From: a virus
Lineage: Duplodnaviria; Caudoviricetes
IMG/VR virus record: IMGVR_UViG_3300010397_000012
Span: 1-56,846 of that record
DNA: 56,846 nucleotides
Reading direction: 5' to 3' (one strand)
The position numbers and the translations under genes were made by a program. This document shows, piece after piece, positions 1 through 12,393 of the stretch. Under the pieces are notes generated by a model, which was not told the origin of the DNA, ran no database searches, and was given only the letters and a program-made list of their open reading frames with translations. The first letter of the stretch is position 1. Every line of letters starts with the position of its first letter.

Positions 1-123
1 CGGCACCAATACGCGGGCGGCGTTGCTGGTGCTGTGGAAGCGCAGCGCGACCGTGATCGAGAAGATCCTCGCCACAGGCACCGGGTCGAGTGGGTCGCCC
101 GCGACGATGGGCTATGAAGGCAC
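1..123. repeat. Terminal direct repeat (copy 1); circular-assembly overlap
   Basis: Bases 1-123 are identical to 56724-56846, and an ORF reads through the junction. Confidence 0.95.
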
Positions 124-163
124 GATCAGCGCGGCAGACGTGACCGCCGCACGGAATAGCTAA
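1..163 (+). CDS. 3' part of junction-spanning hypothetical (virion-associated?) protein starting at 56401
   Basis: Frame continues GTNTRAALLVLWKRS...AARNS* to TAA 161-163, overlapping the next ATG (TAATG). Confidence 0.8.
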   Translation, partial: GTNTRAALLVLWKRSATVIEKILATGTGSSGSPATMGYEGTISAADVTAARNS

Positions 164-687
164 TGGCCGCCGACTACAAGATCAAGTATCCGTCTGATTC
201 CGTCACGATCACCGCGACGGGGCTGGCGAGCCTCGGGAGCAGTTCCACATTCGTCGCGGGCTACGAACTCGACACGGTGAGCAACCGGACGAACGTCGAT
301 GTCACGCACCTGCTCAGCGGGAAGATCACGGTTGGCACCACGCCCACGATCAACACGCAGATCCAGATTTGGATGATCCCGGCGAAGTCCTACGCCTCTG
401 GCACGCCCGTGTGGCCGGATGTGTTTGACGGCACGGCGAGCGCCGAGACGGTGCAGAGTGCCGGGTCGCTCGCGGGCTACGGCGTGCTATTGAAGTCGAT
501 CCTCGTGGACGCGACGACCAGCAATCTGGCTTATGAGTTCTCCGAGATCGACCTCGCGGCTGCCAACGGCGGCTCGATGCCGTTCGACTATGTGATCTTC
601 GTGACGCACAACACGGGCGTGGCGCTCAACGCGACGGGTGGGAACCACACGATGACGTACACGCGCGTGCAGTACCAGAGCACCTAA
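163..687 (+). CDS. Hypothetical beta-rich (Thr/Ser/Gly) virion-associated protein
   Basis: 174 aa ORF translationally coupled to neighbours; composition resembles structural proteins. Confidence 0.65.
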   Translation: MAADYKIKYPSDSVTITATGLASLGSSSTFVAGYELDTVSNRTNVDVTHLLSGKITVGTTPTINTQIQIWMIPAKSYASGTPVWPDVFDGTASAETVQSAGSLAGYGVLLKSILVDATTSNLAYEFSEIDLAAANGGSMPFDYVIFVTHNTGVALNATGGNHTMTYTRVQYQST

Positions 688-1449
688 GTGCCGTCGATTC
701 TGATCCCTGGCCGTGCCGCAAGAGGGCAGAGACCGCCTTATGGTCGACCGCTCCTTAATCGTGACAGCCGTCAATTCGACGGCCTGCGGCGGCTGTGGTT
801 ATTCGGGACGGTGAATCCGAGCGAATACACGCTCGGACTTCCGGTAACGCTGAGCGGGCCTCCCGTGATGACGGCGATCGATCTCGGTGGCATGGCGGGA
901 TATTGCACGGGGGGAAACAGCTACGCCTACACGCAAGGCGAGGGCGTCTCGGCTAGCAATTGGAGCGTGCATCTCAGGTTTAAAGCGCTCGCGTGGCCGG
1001 GAGCCTTTACTACACTGTTTGACACCGCCAATCGCCACTTATCGCTGTTTATTGAGACGGCCGGGAACGTGAGCTTTCAGTCTGCCTCTCTGGGCGGACT
1101 GGACTCTGTGGCGACTGGATTTGCAGTGAACGTCTGGAACACCTTAACGGCGGTGATTGACGGCACGCGCACGTATGGCTACGTGAACGGGCGTCAGATC
1201 TCGTCGGTCGCAGTTCGGGGCGACCTCGGGCTCTCCGACGATTTGGTGTTTGGGGGAAACCCCAGTGGCGGCGGTTCGATGCCAGACATCGTGTATGAGC
1301 ACGCCAGGCTGTACGACCGATCACTGTCGCCAAATGAGGTCTGGACACTCGACGACCCCGCGACGCGCTGGGATCTCTACTGGGTGCCAGGGCGGCGCGT
1401 GTACTTCGATACCGGCGCGACATCGCAGCGTCGTTTCTATTTGGTGTGA
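688..1449 (+). CDS. LamG/concanavalin A-like lectin domain protein
   Basis: WNTLTAVIDG..YGYVNG and ARLYDRSLSPNEV segments typical of LamG-like jelly-roll domains. Confidence 0.75.
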   Translation: MPSILIPGRAARGQRPPYGRPLLNRDSRQFDGLRRLWLFGTVNPSEYTLGLPVTLSGPPVMTAIDLGGMAGYCTGGNSYAYTQGEGVSASNWSVHLRFKALAWPGAFTTLFDTANRHLSLFIETAGNVSFQSASLGGLDSVATGFAVNVWNTLTAVIDGTRTYGYVNGRQISSVAVRGDLGLSDDLVFGGNPSGGGSMPDIVYEHARLYDRSLSPNEVWTLDDPATRWDLYWVPGRRVYFDTGATSQRRFYLV

Positions 1450-1460
1450 AGGGATAACCG

Positions 1461-4543
<3,083 letters not shown>

Positions 4544-4547
<4 letters not shown>

Positions 4548-5656
4548 ACATCCACCTTCTAAGTTTCCCCTCCGCGCCAACGACTGCGGCCTATTCGCTG
4601 TGTGGCTTCACGTCTGCGACGATCCGCTTCGCTAAGGTGCTGCGGCTGCTCGGGCACCACGTCACGCTCTACGCCTCTGAGCAGAACGAGGCACCATGCG
4701 CCGAGCTCGTGACGGTCATCACCAACGAGGAGCGTGAGACCATCCTCAACGGCGTGGAGTACCAGACGGCGCCGATGGTGCAGGCGTGCTATCCGCTGTG
4801 GGACTTGGCGAACAAACGCACGATCCGAGAGATCGCCAAACGCAAACAGCCGCACGACGTCATCTGCACGATCGGCGGGGCCGCCCATCAGCCTATTGCC
4901 GAGGCGCACACCGACCTGATGACGGTGGAGTTTTCGATCGGCTACTGCTCGAGCTTCGCCATCTATCGCGTGTACGAGTCGCACTACTGGCGTGGCGTGA
5001 CGCACGGGTTCCAGGTCCAGAAGCAGTTCAACGCCGAGGGCGGCGGTGACGGCCGGTTCTTTGACACAGTGATCCCGCTTTTCTTCGAGAAGGACGCCTT
5101 CCGGCCGCGCGTGAAGAAGGACCCGTTCGTCCTCTACGTCGGCCGACTCACGCCGAAGAAGGGCATCGCCATTGCGTGCGAGGCCGCCCACCGGGCTGGT
5201 GTGCCGTTGAAAATCATCGGCCACGGCGATCCGAAACTCATCACGCACGGCGCTGAGTATCTGGGAGCGCTGCCCGATTCTGAGCGCAACGAGTGGATGA
5301 GCCGTGCGACGGCGTTGCTGTGCCCGACGCTCTACGTCGAGCCGTTCGGTTCGGTAGCCGTCGAGGCGCAACTTGCGGCGACTCCAGTCATCAGCACGGA
5401 CTTCGGCGGCTTCGTGGAGACGGTGGAGCCCGGCAAAACTGGCTACCGCTGCAACTACCTCGGGGAGTTCGTCCAGGCGATCCACGACGCGCCATCGCTC
5501 GACCCGCGCTACATCCGCGCACGGGCGGAACGGCTGTACTCGCTTGAAGCCGTGGCACCGCAATACCAGGCGTACTTCGACCGGCTGTCGCTGCTGTGGG
5601 GTGATGGGTGGAACACGATCAACGCGACGTCGATGGCGATTGAGCAGGTGGCCTGA
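4544..5656 (+). CDS. GT-B fold glycosyltransferase, GT4 family
   Basis: [10 protein letters not shown] and [24 protein letters not shown] motifs. Confidence 0.9.
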
Positions 5657-5850
5657 TGTTTGGTTCGAACGTGTTCGCAGGCGCGTATTTCGCGCAAGGG
5701 CCCGCCACGCTCACTGGCCCGCAGATTCTCTTTATGGCTGCGATCTTTGAGGCGCGGTCGTCGGATGTCTCGTTCACTGGACGGTCGGCCGGCGTGACCT
5801 TTGAGACGCTCGCTGCCGCAGTCACCTTTGCCCCGCTGCTTCTGGAGTAA
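5656..5850 (+). CDS. Small hypothetical protein
   Basis: 64 aa, TGATG coupling to the GT4 gene. Confidence 0.55.
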   Translation: MFGSNVFAGAYFAQGPATLTGPQILFMAAIFEARSSDVSFTGRSAGVTFETLAAAVTFAPLLLE

Positions 5851-5852
5851 CC

Positions 5853-6194
5853 ATGCCTGCTCTTGACCGATGGAACGAGAACAGCACCGTCATTGTCAAC
5901 GCGGCCTTTGTCGACGAGGACGGGGCGCCTGTGACACCGAACGCCGCCAAGTATCGCGTCGATGATCACGCGAGCGAGACGGCGATCGTGGCCCTTACGG
6001 CAATTAGCCCGCTCTCGACGGCCGTCGACATTGAGATCCCAGGCTCCGCAAACAAGATGGTCGACACCACCAAACGCACTGAGGTCCGAAAGGTCACCGT
6101 GCAATTCACCTACGGATCCGGCCGGCGAGGGACGGCCGAGTACCGCTACGAGCTTGTCAATCTGCAGTTCGTGACCGCGACGCTGGTACCGTGA
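5853..6194 (+). CDS. Hypothetical Ig-like/virion adaptor-like protein
   Basis: 113 aa with GGAG upstream and an alternating beta-strand pattern. Confidence 0.55.
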   Translation: MPALDRWNENSTVIVNAAFVDEDGAPVTPNAAKYRVDDHASETAIVALTAISPLSTAVDIEIPGSANKMVDTTKRTEVRKVTVQFTYGSGRRGTAEYRYELVNLQFVTATLVP

Positions 6195-6355
6195 CCGACG
6201 CAACGACCTGTCAGAACTGCGCGTCGTTCAAGCAGCGGTGGAAGGACGGATCCGGCTTCTGCTGGCATCTCCACCTGCCGCGGCACGCCGATCAGCCGAT
6301 CTGTGAGGCGTTCGCGCCGAAGGTGATCAAAGTCAACTGGCCGACGAGCCCTTGA
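6191..6355 (+). CDS. Small Cys-rich protein (54 aa; not in ORF track)
   Basis: GTGA overlap; translates MTDATTCQNCASF...FCWHLH...ICEAF...PTSP*. Confidence 0.5.
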   Translation: MTDATTCQNCASFKQRWKDGSGFCWHLHLPRHADQPICEAFAPKVIKVNWPTSP

Positions 6356-6400
6356 GCTTGTCCAGGTAGTTCGCCCACTGCTGAACCATCTCGGCCCGAG

Positions 6401-6565
6401 TCAGGACGCCAGTGCGCGCTCGCGCAAATACGCCGAGAGCGACTGGTGATCCGCTGCGGCTTTTAGGGCTTCCAACTCGGCGTCACAGAAGCGCACCATG
6501 ACCGCATGCCGCAACTTGAGGGCAACTGGTTTTGGCTTCGGGCCGGTTTTCTTGCCTTTCCTCAT
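6401..6565 (-). CDS. Ribbon-helix-helix (CopG/MobC-like) regulator, 54 aa (not in ORF track)
   Basis: MRKGKKTGPKPKPVALKLRHAVMVRFCDAELEALKAAADHQSLSAYLRERALAS*: beta strand plus two helices with SLSAYLR; divergent from the early operon. Confidence 0.7.
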   Translation of the reverse strand: MRKGKKTGPKPKPVALKLRHAVMVRFCDAELEALKAAADHQSLSAYLRERALAS

Positions 6566-6613
6566 GGCTTGCCTAGCTTATCATAATTATTCGTAACCCC
6601 GGTTGCTTTTCGC

Positions 6614-6642
6614 TTGCAATCGTCGTAACTCATGTTTATAGT
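6614..6642 (+). promoter_or_regulatory. Sigma70-type early promoter, probably leaderless
   Basis: TTGCAA(6614-19)-17 bp-TATAGT(6637-42); ATG 6650 follows 7 nt later with no SD. Confidence 0.7.
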
Positions 6643-6649
6643 CTCACTC

Positions 6650-6817
6650 ATGGCAACCACACAGACCGCAGCCGCCGTGATTTCCGCCCGTATCCTGGCC
6701 CTCGTCGCTTCCGGCGTTGATGTCATTGACGCCATGAAAGCGGTCTGCGGCAAGGAGGCCACCGAGGCCATGATTGAAAGCCTCTACACCGAACTGCGCC
6801 AGAAGGGAGGCCGGTAA
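6650..6817 (+). CDS. Small early hypothetical protein
   Basis: ATG at the predicted transcription start; coupled TAATG to the next gene. Confidence 0.6.
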   Translation: MATTQTAAAVISARILALVASGVDVIDAMKAVCGKEATEAMIESLYTELRQKGGR

Positions 6818-7035
6818 TGTTCGCTGTTCCCTACGGCACCGTCGCCCAATCTCTGACCGACATCGGCGCCTGCGATACCGCGCAAGTCATCGCCGACCGA
6901 AACGGCGCCCCGGTCGCAATTGTGATGGACGCTAATGGCTACTTCCTGTTGGAGCAGCCAGACGACATGGACACCGCGTGCGAGTGGGGCTGGACGCTCT
7001 ACGCGGTGGTGGACCCGACCGAGGCCGAAGCGTGA
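6817..7035 (+). CDS. Hypothetical acidic protein
   Basis: 72 aa, GGAGG SD upstream. Confidence 0.6.
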   Translation: MFAVPYGTVAQSLTDIGACDTAQVIADRNGAPVAIVMDANGYFLLEQPDDMDTACEWGWTLYAVVDPTEAEA

Positions 7036-7434
7036 CCGCCGCTATGACGGACTGGCTGATCGTGCTCTGCGTGTTCGTTGCCGCCCTGACGCTCGCGGCC
7101 TTCGTGGAGGAAGTCACCCGATGACCGTGCTCTGGGCCGTTGCCGACGTGGCGTTGCTCTTGGCCTTTGGCGTGGCGGCGATGACGCTGGTGGCCATGTT
7201 CATCACCGGAGAGGACTAACCCATGACCCAAGTCGAAGCGCGCAAGGTTGGCATCCGTGAACTCCTGCGCCGGTTGCAGGAAGCCCAAGAGGATCTCCGC
7301 GCGTGCCAGGAACAGCGGGATCTGTTGCTCCAGCAGTTGGCCGAGACGCGGCGGCGACGGCTCGTGTTAGCGGCGTGAATGAAGAAGGCCCGCCGCTGGA
7401 ACGGCAGGCCCAAACGAGAGAGTGAGGTTTCGAG

Positions 7435-7932
7435 ATGAGTGTAGTTGCAATGCCCACAAAACCGCAACCCGTGAAACGTGTCGGGCTCGCGCTGGAGTAC
7501 CTGAACCGCTGGCCTGAGCCCTTGCGTCCTACGGGCTACATCGCATGGGGCGACGATCTCACGCTCGGCCTCATGGACGGCTCATCGCCGACGACCGTGA
7601 CGATCTTCTGCGGATCGATCGAGTCACATCTGGCCGAGGGCGCTGTGTTCAGCCTGATCCAGAAGCTCTACCGGACCGACGACATTGACTGCTTTCTCGA
7701 CCGCTATGACGTGTGCGTGGCGCGCGAGCGCGACACGGTGCCGGCGGCGGTGTATGTGCAGCACCACCGGCACACCGATCCAGCGTTCAGCGTGCTCGCC
7801 CTCTACACGTTCGCGCAAGCCATCTTGGACTACGCGTGCGGGAAAGAGGACTACAACGGGCAGATCGAACGGCTGAAGGCGACGATCCACGCGATCGAAT
7901 CCGAGCGCGACGGAAAGGCGGTGCGGGCATGA
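7435..7932 (+). CDS. Hypothetical protein
   Basis: 165 aa, GAGG SD, ATGA overlap with the ERF gene. Confidence 0.6.
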   Translation: MSVVAMPTKPQPVKRVGLALEYLNRWPEPLRPTGYIAWGDDLTLGLMDGSSPTTVTIFCGSIESHLAEGAVFSLIQKLYRTDDIDCFLDRYDVCVARERDTVPAAVYVQHHRHTDPAFSVLALYTFAQAILDYACGKEDYNGQIERLKATIHAIESERDGKAVRA

Positions 7933-8528
7933 CGACCAGCGAAACCATCAACGAACTCGCCGCCGCTCTAGCGAAGGCTCAGATCGAAATGACCGGGGCT
8001 AAGAAGGACAGCACCAACCCGCACTTCAAGTCGGCGTATGCGGACCTGGCGTCCGTGCGCGACGCGGCCAAGCCGCTCGCATCTCACGGTATCGCGGTCA
8101 TTCAGTCCTGCCGCATGGCGACCACCGAGGCCGGCCAGATGGTCGCGGAAGTCGAGACGCGGCTCGTCCATGCGTCCGGCCAGTGGATGGCCGACACGCT
8201 GGCGGTGCCGGTGTCGAAACCGGACGCGCAGGGCATCGGCTCGGCCATTACCTACGGCCGGCGTTACTCGCTCGCCGCGTTCGCGGGGATTGCCCCGGCC
8301 GACGACGACGGCGAAGCGGCAGTCGGGCGCTCGGCTGGACCGATGCCGGTGGTCACGCCGAAAGAGCCCCAGGGCTTCCAAGACTGGCTGGACGATCTCC
8401 GCGCCAGTTCCACGGACGGCAAGGAAGCACTGCGTCAGGCGTGGAAGGACTCTCCGGCCCAGATGAAGAACTACTACATGGCGACCAATCCAAAGTGGGC
8501 CGACACGCTGAAAGGCTGGACCTCGTGA
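7929..8528 (+). CDS. erf: ERF-family ssDNA annealing recombinase
   Basis: KDSTNPHFKSAYADL, HASGQWM and QGIGSAITYGRRYSL..DDDG motifs. Confidence 0.9.
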   Translation: MTTSETINELAAALAKAQIEMTGAKKDSTNPHFKSAYADLASVRDAAKPLASHGIAVIQSCRMATTEAGQMVAEVETRLVHASGQWMADTLAVPVSKPDAQGIGSAITYGRRYSLAAFAGIAPADDDGEAAVGRSAGPMPVVTPKEPQGFQDWLDDLRASSTDGKEALRQAWKDSPAQMKNYYMATNPKWADTLKGWTS

Positions 8529-9169
8529 AGATTCACACGATGCCCCAACGGTCGCCTGAGTGGTTTCAGGCACGGGCGGGCTTACTCACCGGGTCGGCGG
8601 CGGGCGACATGTTGGCGACCATAAAGACCGGGGAAGCCGCAGCCCGTCGTGACCTCCGCACGCGCCTCGTCACCGAGCGGCTGACGAACAGCCCGCAGGA
8701 GGACACGTTCATCAACGCGGCGATACAGCGCGGAATTGACTGCGAGCCGTTGGCGCTCCAAGCCTACGCGCGGATCACGGGCGAACTCCCCGAACTGGCC
8801 GGGTTCTGCGCGCACGACACCATCCTGGCGGGCTGTTCACCGGATGCCCACGTCGGCGACTGGCACACGCTCGTCAGCCTCAAGTGCCCGAAGTCGAGCA
8901 CGCATCTCGGCTACATCAAGGCCGGGACATTCCCGAGCACCTACGAACCGCAGATGCTCCACGAACTCTGGATCACCGGCGCGCGGGCCTACGACTTCCT
9001 GTCGTGGGATGACCGTTTCCCTGAGCGGCTGCAGACGTTCCATGTGCGCGTGTTGCGCGACGACGCCAAGGTGGACGCCTACGCCGCGAAGGCGATGGCG
9101 TTCCTCGATGAAGTCCAGTTGGAAACCGACGGCCTGCTCGGGTGGGACGTCATGAAGGAGTCCGCGTGA
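8525..9169 (+). CDS. YqaJ/lambda-exonuclease-like recombination nuclease
   Basis: QRSPEWFQARAG.LTGS, GCSPD and LKCP motifs; adjacent to ERF. Confidence 0.85.
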   Translation: MKIHTMPQRSPEWFQARAGLLTGSAAGDMLATIKTGEAAARRDLRTRLVTERLTNSPQEDTFINAAIQRGIDCEPLALQAYARITGELPELAGFCAHDTILAGCSPDAHVGDWHTLVSLKCPKSSTHLGYIKAGTFPSTYEPQMLHELWITGARAYDFLSWDDRFPERLQTFHVRVLRDDAKVDAYAAKAMAFLDEVQLETDGLLGWDVMKESA

Positions 9170-9759
9170 AGCGGCCGACCGAGCGCCCGTGCCGGTGTTG
9201 CGGGCGCATTTTCTCGTCCGTTGTTGCCGAGTCGTCGCTGTGTTCTCGGTCGTGCGTGAACCGGCTGCGGAAGCTGCCCACGCCTGATCAGAGATTCTGG
9301 CGGAAGGTTGATCGGCGCGGCGTTGACGAGTGCTGGCCGTGGTTGGGTGGAACATCACACGACGGACGTGGCCGGATGCTTTGGACGGACGGGCATCAGT
9401 GGTCCGCTCCGAGAATTGCGTGGGCGCTGGAGTTCGGCTCACCGGCCGAGCGGTCCTTGCACGTCTGCCACACCTGCGACAACCCGAATTGCTGCAACCC
9501 GAAGCACCTATGGCTCGGCACGTCGCGCGACAACGTGGCTGACCGGGACCACAAGAACAGAACCTCAAAAGGCCAAGCGCACTACTGCGCGAAGCTGACG
9601 CCTGAGCAGGTTCTCGACATCTTCTCATCCCCTGATGGGCCGTCCGCTTTGGCGAGAAAGTACGGCGTGAGCGCCAGCGTGACGTCGGCTATCAGGCTCG
9701 GCAAGAAATGGCGACACGTTACGCAGCATGGAGGTTCAGTTGGCTTATCAGAAGGATGA
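9166..9759 (+). CDS. HNH (homing-type) endonuclease
   Basis: RFWRKVD...CWPW and VCHTCDNPNCCNPKHLWLGT..DN motifs; C-terminal HTH-like segment. Confidence 0.88.
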   Translation: MKRPTERPCRCCGRIFSSVVAESSLCSRSCVNRLRKLPTPDQRFWRKVDRRGVDECWPWLGGTSHDGRGRMLWTDGHQWSAPRIAWALEFGSPAERSLHVCHTCDNPNCCNPKHLWLGTSRDNVADRDHKNRTSKGQAHYCAKLTPEQVLDIFSSPDGPSALARKYGVSASVTSAIRLGKKWRHVTQHGGSVGLSEG

Positions 9760-9952
9760 CTCAGAGCTTGGTGCCTTGTGGGTAAAAAGCAGCGCCAAGG
9801 GGCCGTATATGACCGGCGAGATCAACGGCGTCAAAGTGGTGTGTTTCCCCGCGAAGAAGTCCAGTGACAAGTCGCCTGACTGGCGCGTCCTGAAGTCGAA
9901 GCCGCTCGCTGGCACCGCGCCCGCAGAGCCCCGTGGCGGTGACTGGGAATGA
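9728..9952 (+). CDS. Small DUF736-like/ssDNA-binding-like protein
   Basis: ELGALW..S.KG.YMTG...KSPDWRV pattern. Confidence 0.55.
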   Translation: MEVQLAYQKDDSELGALWVKSSAKGPYMTGEINGVKVVCFPAKKSSDKSPDWRVLKSKPLAGTAPAEPRGGDWE

Positions 9953-10377
9953 TCTTCCAGGCGTTCTGCGACGACGACGCCCACTTCGCGCTGGACAACC
10001 GGCCGGCGTGGCTCGCGTTCCTCGGCACGGTGCGCGGTTCCGAGTTGACCGTGACCGTGGAGAAGAAGTCGCGGAAGCGGAGCGTCGTCCAGAACGCCTG
10101 GCTGTGGGGTGTGGCCTATCCGCTGATCGCGGAGTCGATCGGCTACGACCACCACGAGCACGAGCATCTGCACTACGACTTGCTGGCTGTGCGGTTCGGC
10201 ACGAAGGCCGTGACGCCGCTCGTTGACGGAGCGCCGCCGCGCATCGTGCCTAAGCAGACCAGCGCCGGCCTCACGACAAAAGAGTTCAGCGAATACATGG
10301 AATGGCTGGTGCGGTTCGCCGCGGAGAAGTTCTCCGTCGTGCTGCCGCTACCGGACGAGAAACGAGAGGCCGCGTGA
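9949..10377 (+). CDS. NinB/YbcN-like recombination protein
   Basis: RSVVQNAWLWG and TSAGLTTKEFSEYME motifs. Confidence 0.7.
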   Translation: MIFQAFCDDDAHFALDNRPAWLAFLGTVRGSELTVTVEKKSRKRSVVQNAWLWGVAYPLIAESIGYDHHEHEHLHYDLLAVRFGTKAVTPLVDGAPPRIVPKQTSAGLTTKEFSEYMEWLVRFAAEKFSVVLPLPDEKREAA

Positions 10378-10585
10378 CTTGGTTTCAATGCCCGCACTGT
10401 CTCCGGCGCGGTGAGCCAGAGGACGCCCGCGAAGGCTGGGAATCCGGCGACCGTGATCAACCAGGCTACGCCTTCGACGCCTGTCGGGTCTGTATGCCGT
10501 CAGAGGAGGACCGCGAGCGTGCCGCCGAGGCGAAGGCGGACGCCATGCGCGACGAGGCCACGAACGGCCCGGACGGGTGGCGCTG

Positions 10586-10780
10586 ATGGATACCGGGATC
10601 AGGAACTTCGACATCGTGAACGCCATGCGCGACTTTGGCGGCTCGTTCGTCCAGGCGCTCGCGGCGGCCTTCGAGCGGGCCGACGCCGAGAACTTCGAGA
10701 AGCTGAAGACGGCATTCCCAGAGTATTGGGCGGAATACGCCGACCTCGCCACGCTGCGAAAGGTGCGCGCCAATGCCTGA
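10586..10780 (+). CDS. Small phage hypothetical protein
   Basis: GGSFVQALAAAFERAD..N..KLKTAFPEYW; TGATG coupling. Confidence 0.6.
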   Translation: MDTGIRNFDIVNAMRDFGGSFVQALAAAFERADAENFEKLKTAFPEYWAEYADLATLRKVRANA

Positions 10781-11222
10781 CCTCATCCGCAACGCGCCGC
10801 AGAAGCCGACCAGACTGTCCCGTGACGTGGCGTCGTGGGCGCGGCGGGTCAACCGTGCGGCGGCGAAGAACAAGGCCGTGAAAGCCTCACACGCGGCCTG
10901 GGCGAAGGTGTCGAAGGCTGTCAAGGCGCGGCACGGTGGCCGCTGCCGGATCTGCCGCTGCCGCACGACGGTGGCCGGGAGCGGCGCGAACCCCAACCAC
11001 TTTGGCTCGGCGCATCACATCGTCTACCGCTCAGCCGGTGGAGCGGACGACCTGCAGAACCTGATCTGGCTGTGCGCGGAGTGCCACCAGAAGGAACACG
11101 CGCACGAGTTAGACATCCGAGGCACGGCCGACAAACTGAAGATCACGATCCACCTGAAGGCTGACCGGCGCCTGGCGTGCAAGGAAAGGGGGCGACCGCG
11201 TGATCAAGACCTACAAGTGTGA
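10773..11222 (+). CDS. HNH endonuclease
   Basis: CRIC...HHIVYRSAGG.DDLQNLIWLCAECH motif. Confidence 0.85.
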   Translation: MPDLIRNAPQKPTRLSRDVASWARRVNRAAAKNKAVKASHAAWAKVSKAVKARHGGRCRICRCRTTVAGSGANPNHFGSAHHIVYRSAGGADDLQNLIWLCAECHQKEHAHELDIRGTADKLKITIHLKADRRLACKERGRPRDQDLQV

Positions 11223-11391
11223 CGACTGCGGCGGCATCTTCGAGACGGAGCGATCTGAGGACGCCGCCAACGCTGAGGCCAAGGCAAACTTCGGGGTGGA
11301 CGACGCGAATGAGCGGACTGACTTCGCGGAAGTCTGCGACGACTGCTACCAGGCCATCATGGCGGCCCACCGACGGGAGGTGCTGCAGTGA
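11200..11391 (+). CDS. Small zinc-finger protein
   Basis: Two CxxC pairs (CDDC...CDDC). Confidence 0.6.
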   Translation: MIKTYKCDDCGGIFETERSEDAANAEAKANFGVDDANERTDFAEVCDDCYQAIMAAHRREVLQ

Positions 11392-11609
11392 TCTCCTGGC
11401 TCATCCACAAACTCTCGGACCTCCTCGGCTACGAGGACAAGACGGCCGTGATGCAAACGCTCCCGAAGCCCACCGAGCGTTTCGACTACACCAAAGCCCG
11501 CGCCGGCTACTACCGGGCCAAGGCGCGGACGGAGACGGGGCGGCTGCTGGCGAAGCCGAAGCGCCGCACGCACGACAACGTGGTGCCCATGCGGAAGGTG
11601 GGCCGATGA
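11388..11609 (+). CDS. Hypothetical protein
   Basis: GTGA-coupled ORF with GGAGG SD. Confidence 0.5.
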   Translation: MISWLIHKLSDLLGYEDKTAVMQTLPKPTERFDYTKARAGYYRAKARTETGRLLAKPKRRTHDNVVPMRKVGR

Positions 11610-11826
11610 TCCGCCCCTGCACGTTCTGCGGTACCCAGCGGAAACCCGCGAAAGTGGCCCGCTGCAAGAAGCACAAAACCAAGCACGTCGGCTACCACCA
11701 CGCGGCGGTGAAGGGCACGGGCCGGTACGACAGCCAGTACCAGCCGACCGACCTGCCCGCGCATGTCATCGACGCCATATTCCTGCGTGAGCAACGCAAG
11801 AAGCGCCCAGCCTGGAGCCTCTGCCG

Positions 11827-12024
11827 ATGACGGACACAACCGATCGCAGTTGGTGGGAGAACGTCCCGCGCGCCGTGTGGCCGGACGTGCAGCGCCACCA
11901 CGAAGCCCTCATGGCCGGCACGCGGTTCGCCAAGCTGAACCAGTTGTCGACCGCGCTCACGGTGTCCAGTGAGGACGAGCGGCGCTTCCGGCCGAAGCCG
12001 CAGCGCGAGGAGGCGGTGGCGTGA
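11827..12024 (+). CDS. Hypothetical protein
   Basis: ATGA/GTGA-coupled small ORF. Confidence 0.5.
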   Translation: MTDTTDRSWWENVPRAVWPDVQRHHEALMAGTRFAKLNQLSTALTVSSEDERRFRPKPQREEAVA

Positions 12025-12365
12025 GCACGATGCCGCTGTTCGATCAACCCGTCCACCGCCTAGCGGACACCAGCCTCTCGGCCTTCGCCCATGTGCGCGA
12101 GACGCTGAGCGAGCGCCAGGTGCCGGTGTTTCTGAAAGTCCACGACTACGTGGCGCTCACCGGCTACGACGACGTGACGGGCGGCGAACTGGCGGAATGG
12201 GCTGGCGTCCCGATCTTGTCCTGCCGGCCACGGCTCACCGAGTTGGTGGATCTGGGCTGGCTCCTGAAAGGCCCGGCGCGCAAGAGCCGCGCGGCCGGCG
12301 AGTCGAGAAGTCATGGCGTGTTTCCCGCGGTGCCGCGTGCGGCCGTGGAGCGCGTACGGGTATGA
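12021..12365 (+). CDS. Winged-helix DNA-binding protein
   Basis: TGGELAE.....SCRPRLTELVDLG pattern. Confidence 0.65.
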   Translation: MSTMPLFDQPVHRLADTSLSAFAHVRETLSERQVPVFLKVHDYVALTGYDDVTGGELAEWAGVPILSCRPRLTELVDLGWLLKGPARKSRAAGESRSHGVFPAVPRAAVERVRV

Positions 12366-12393
12366 ACGGCGACGGTCGGCGGAAGGCGGCGGA

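Noticed and set aside
1-123. Biological terminal repeat of the virion DNA
   Set aside because: It falls mid-gene and looks like a circular-assembly overlap; the HNH/P27-TerS module points to cos ends near 25938-26040 instead.
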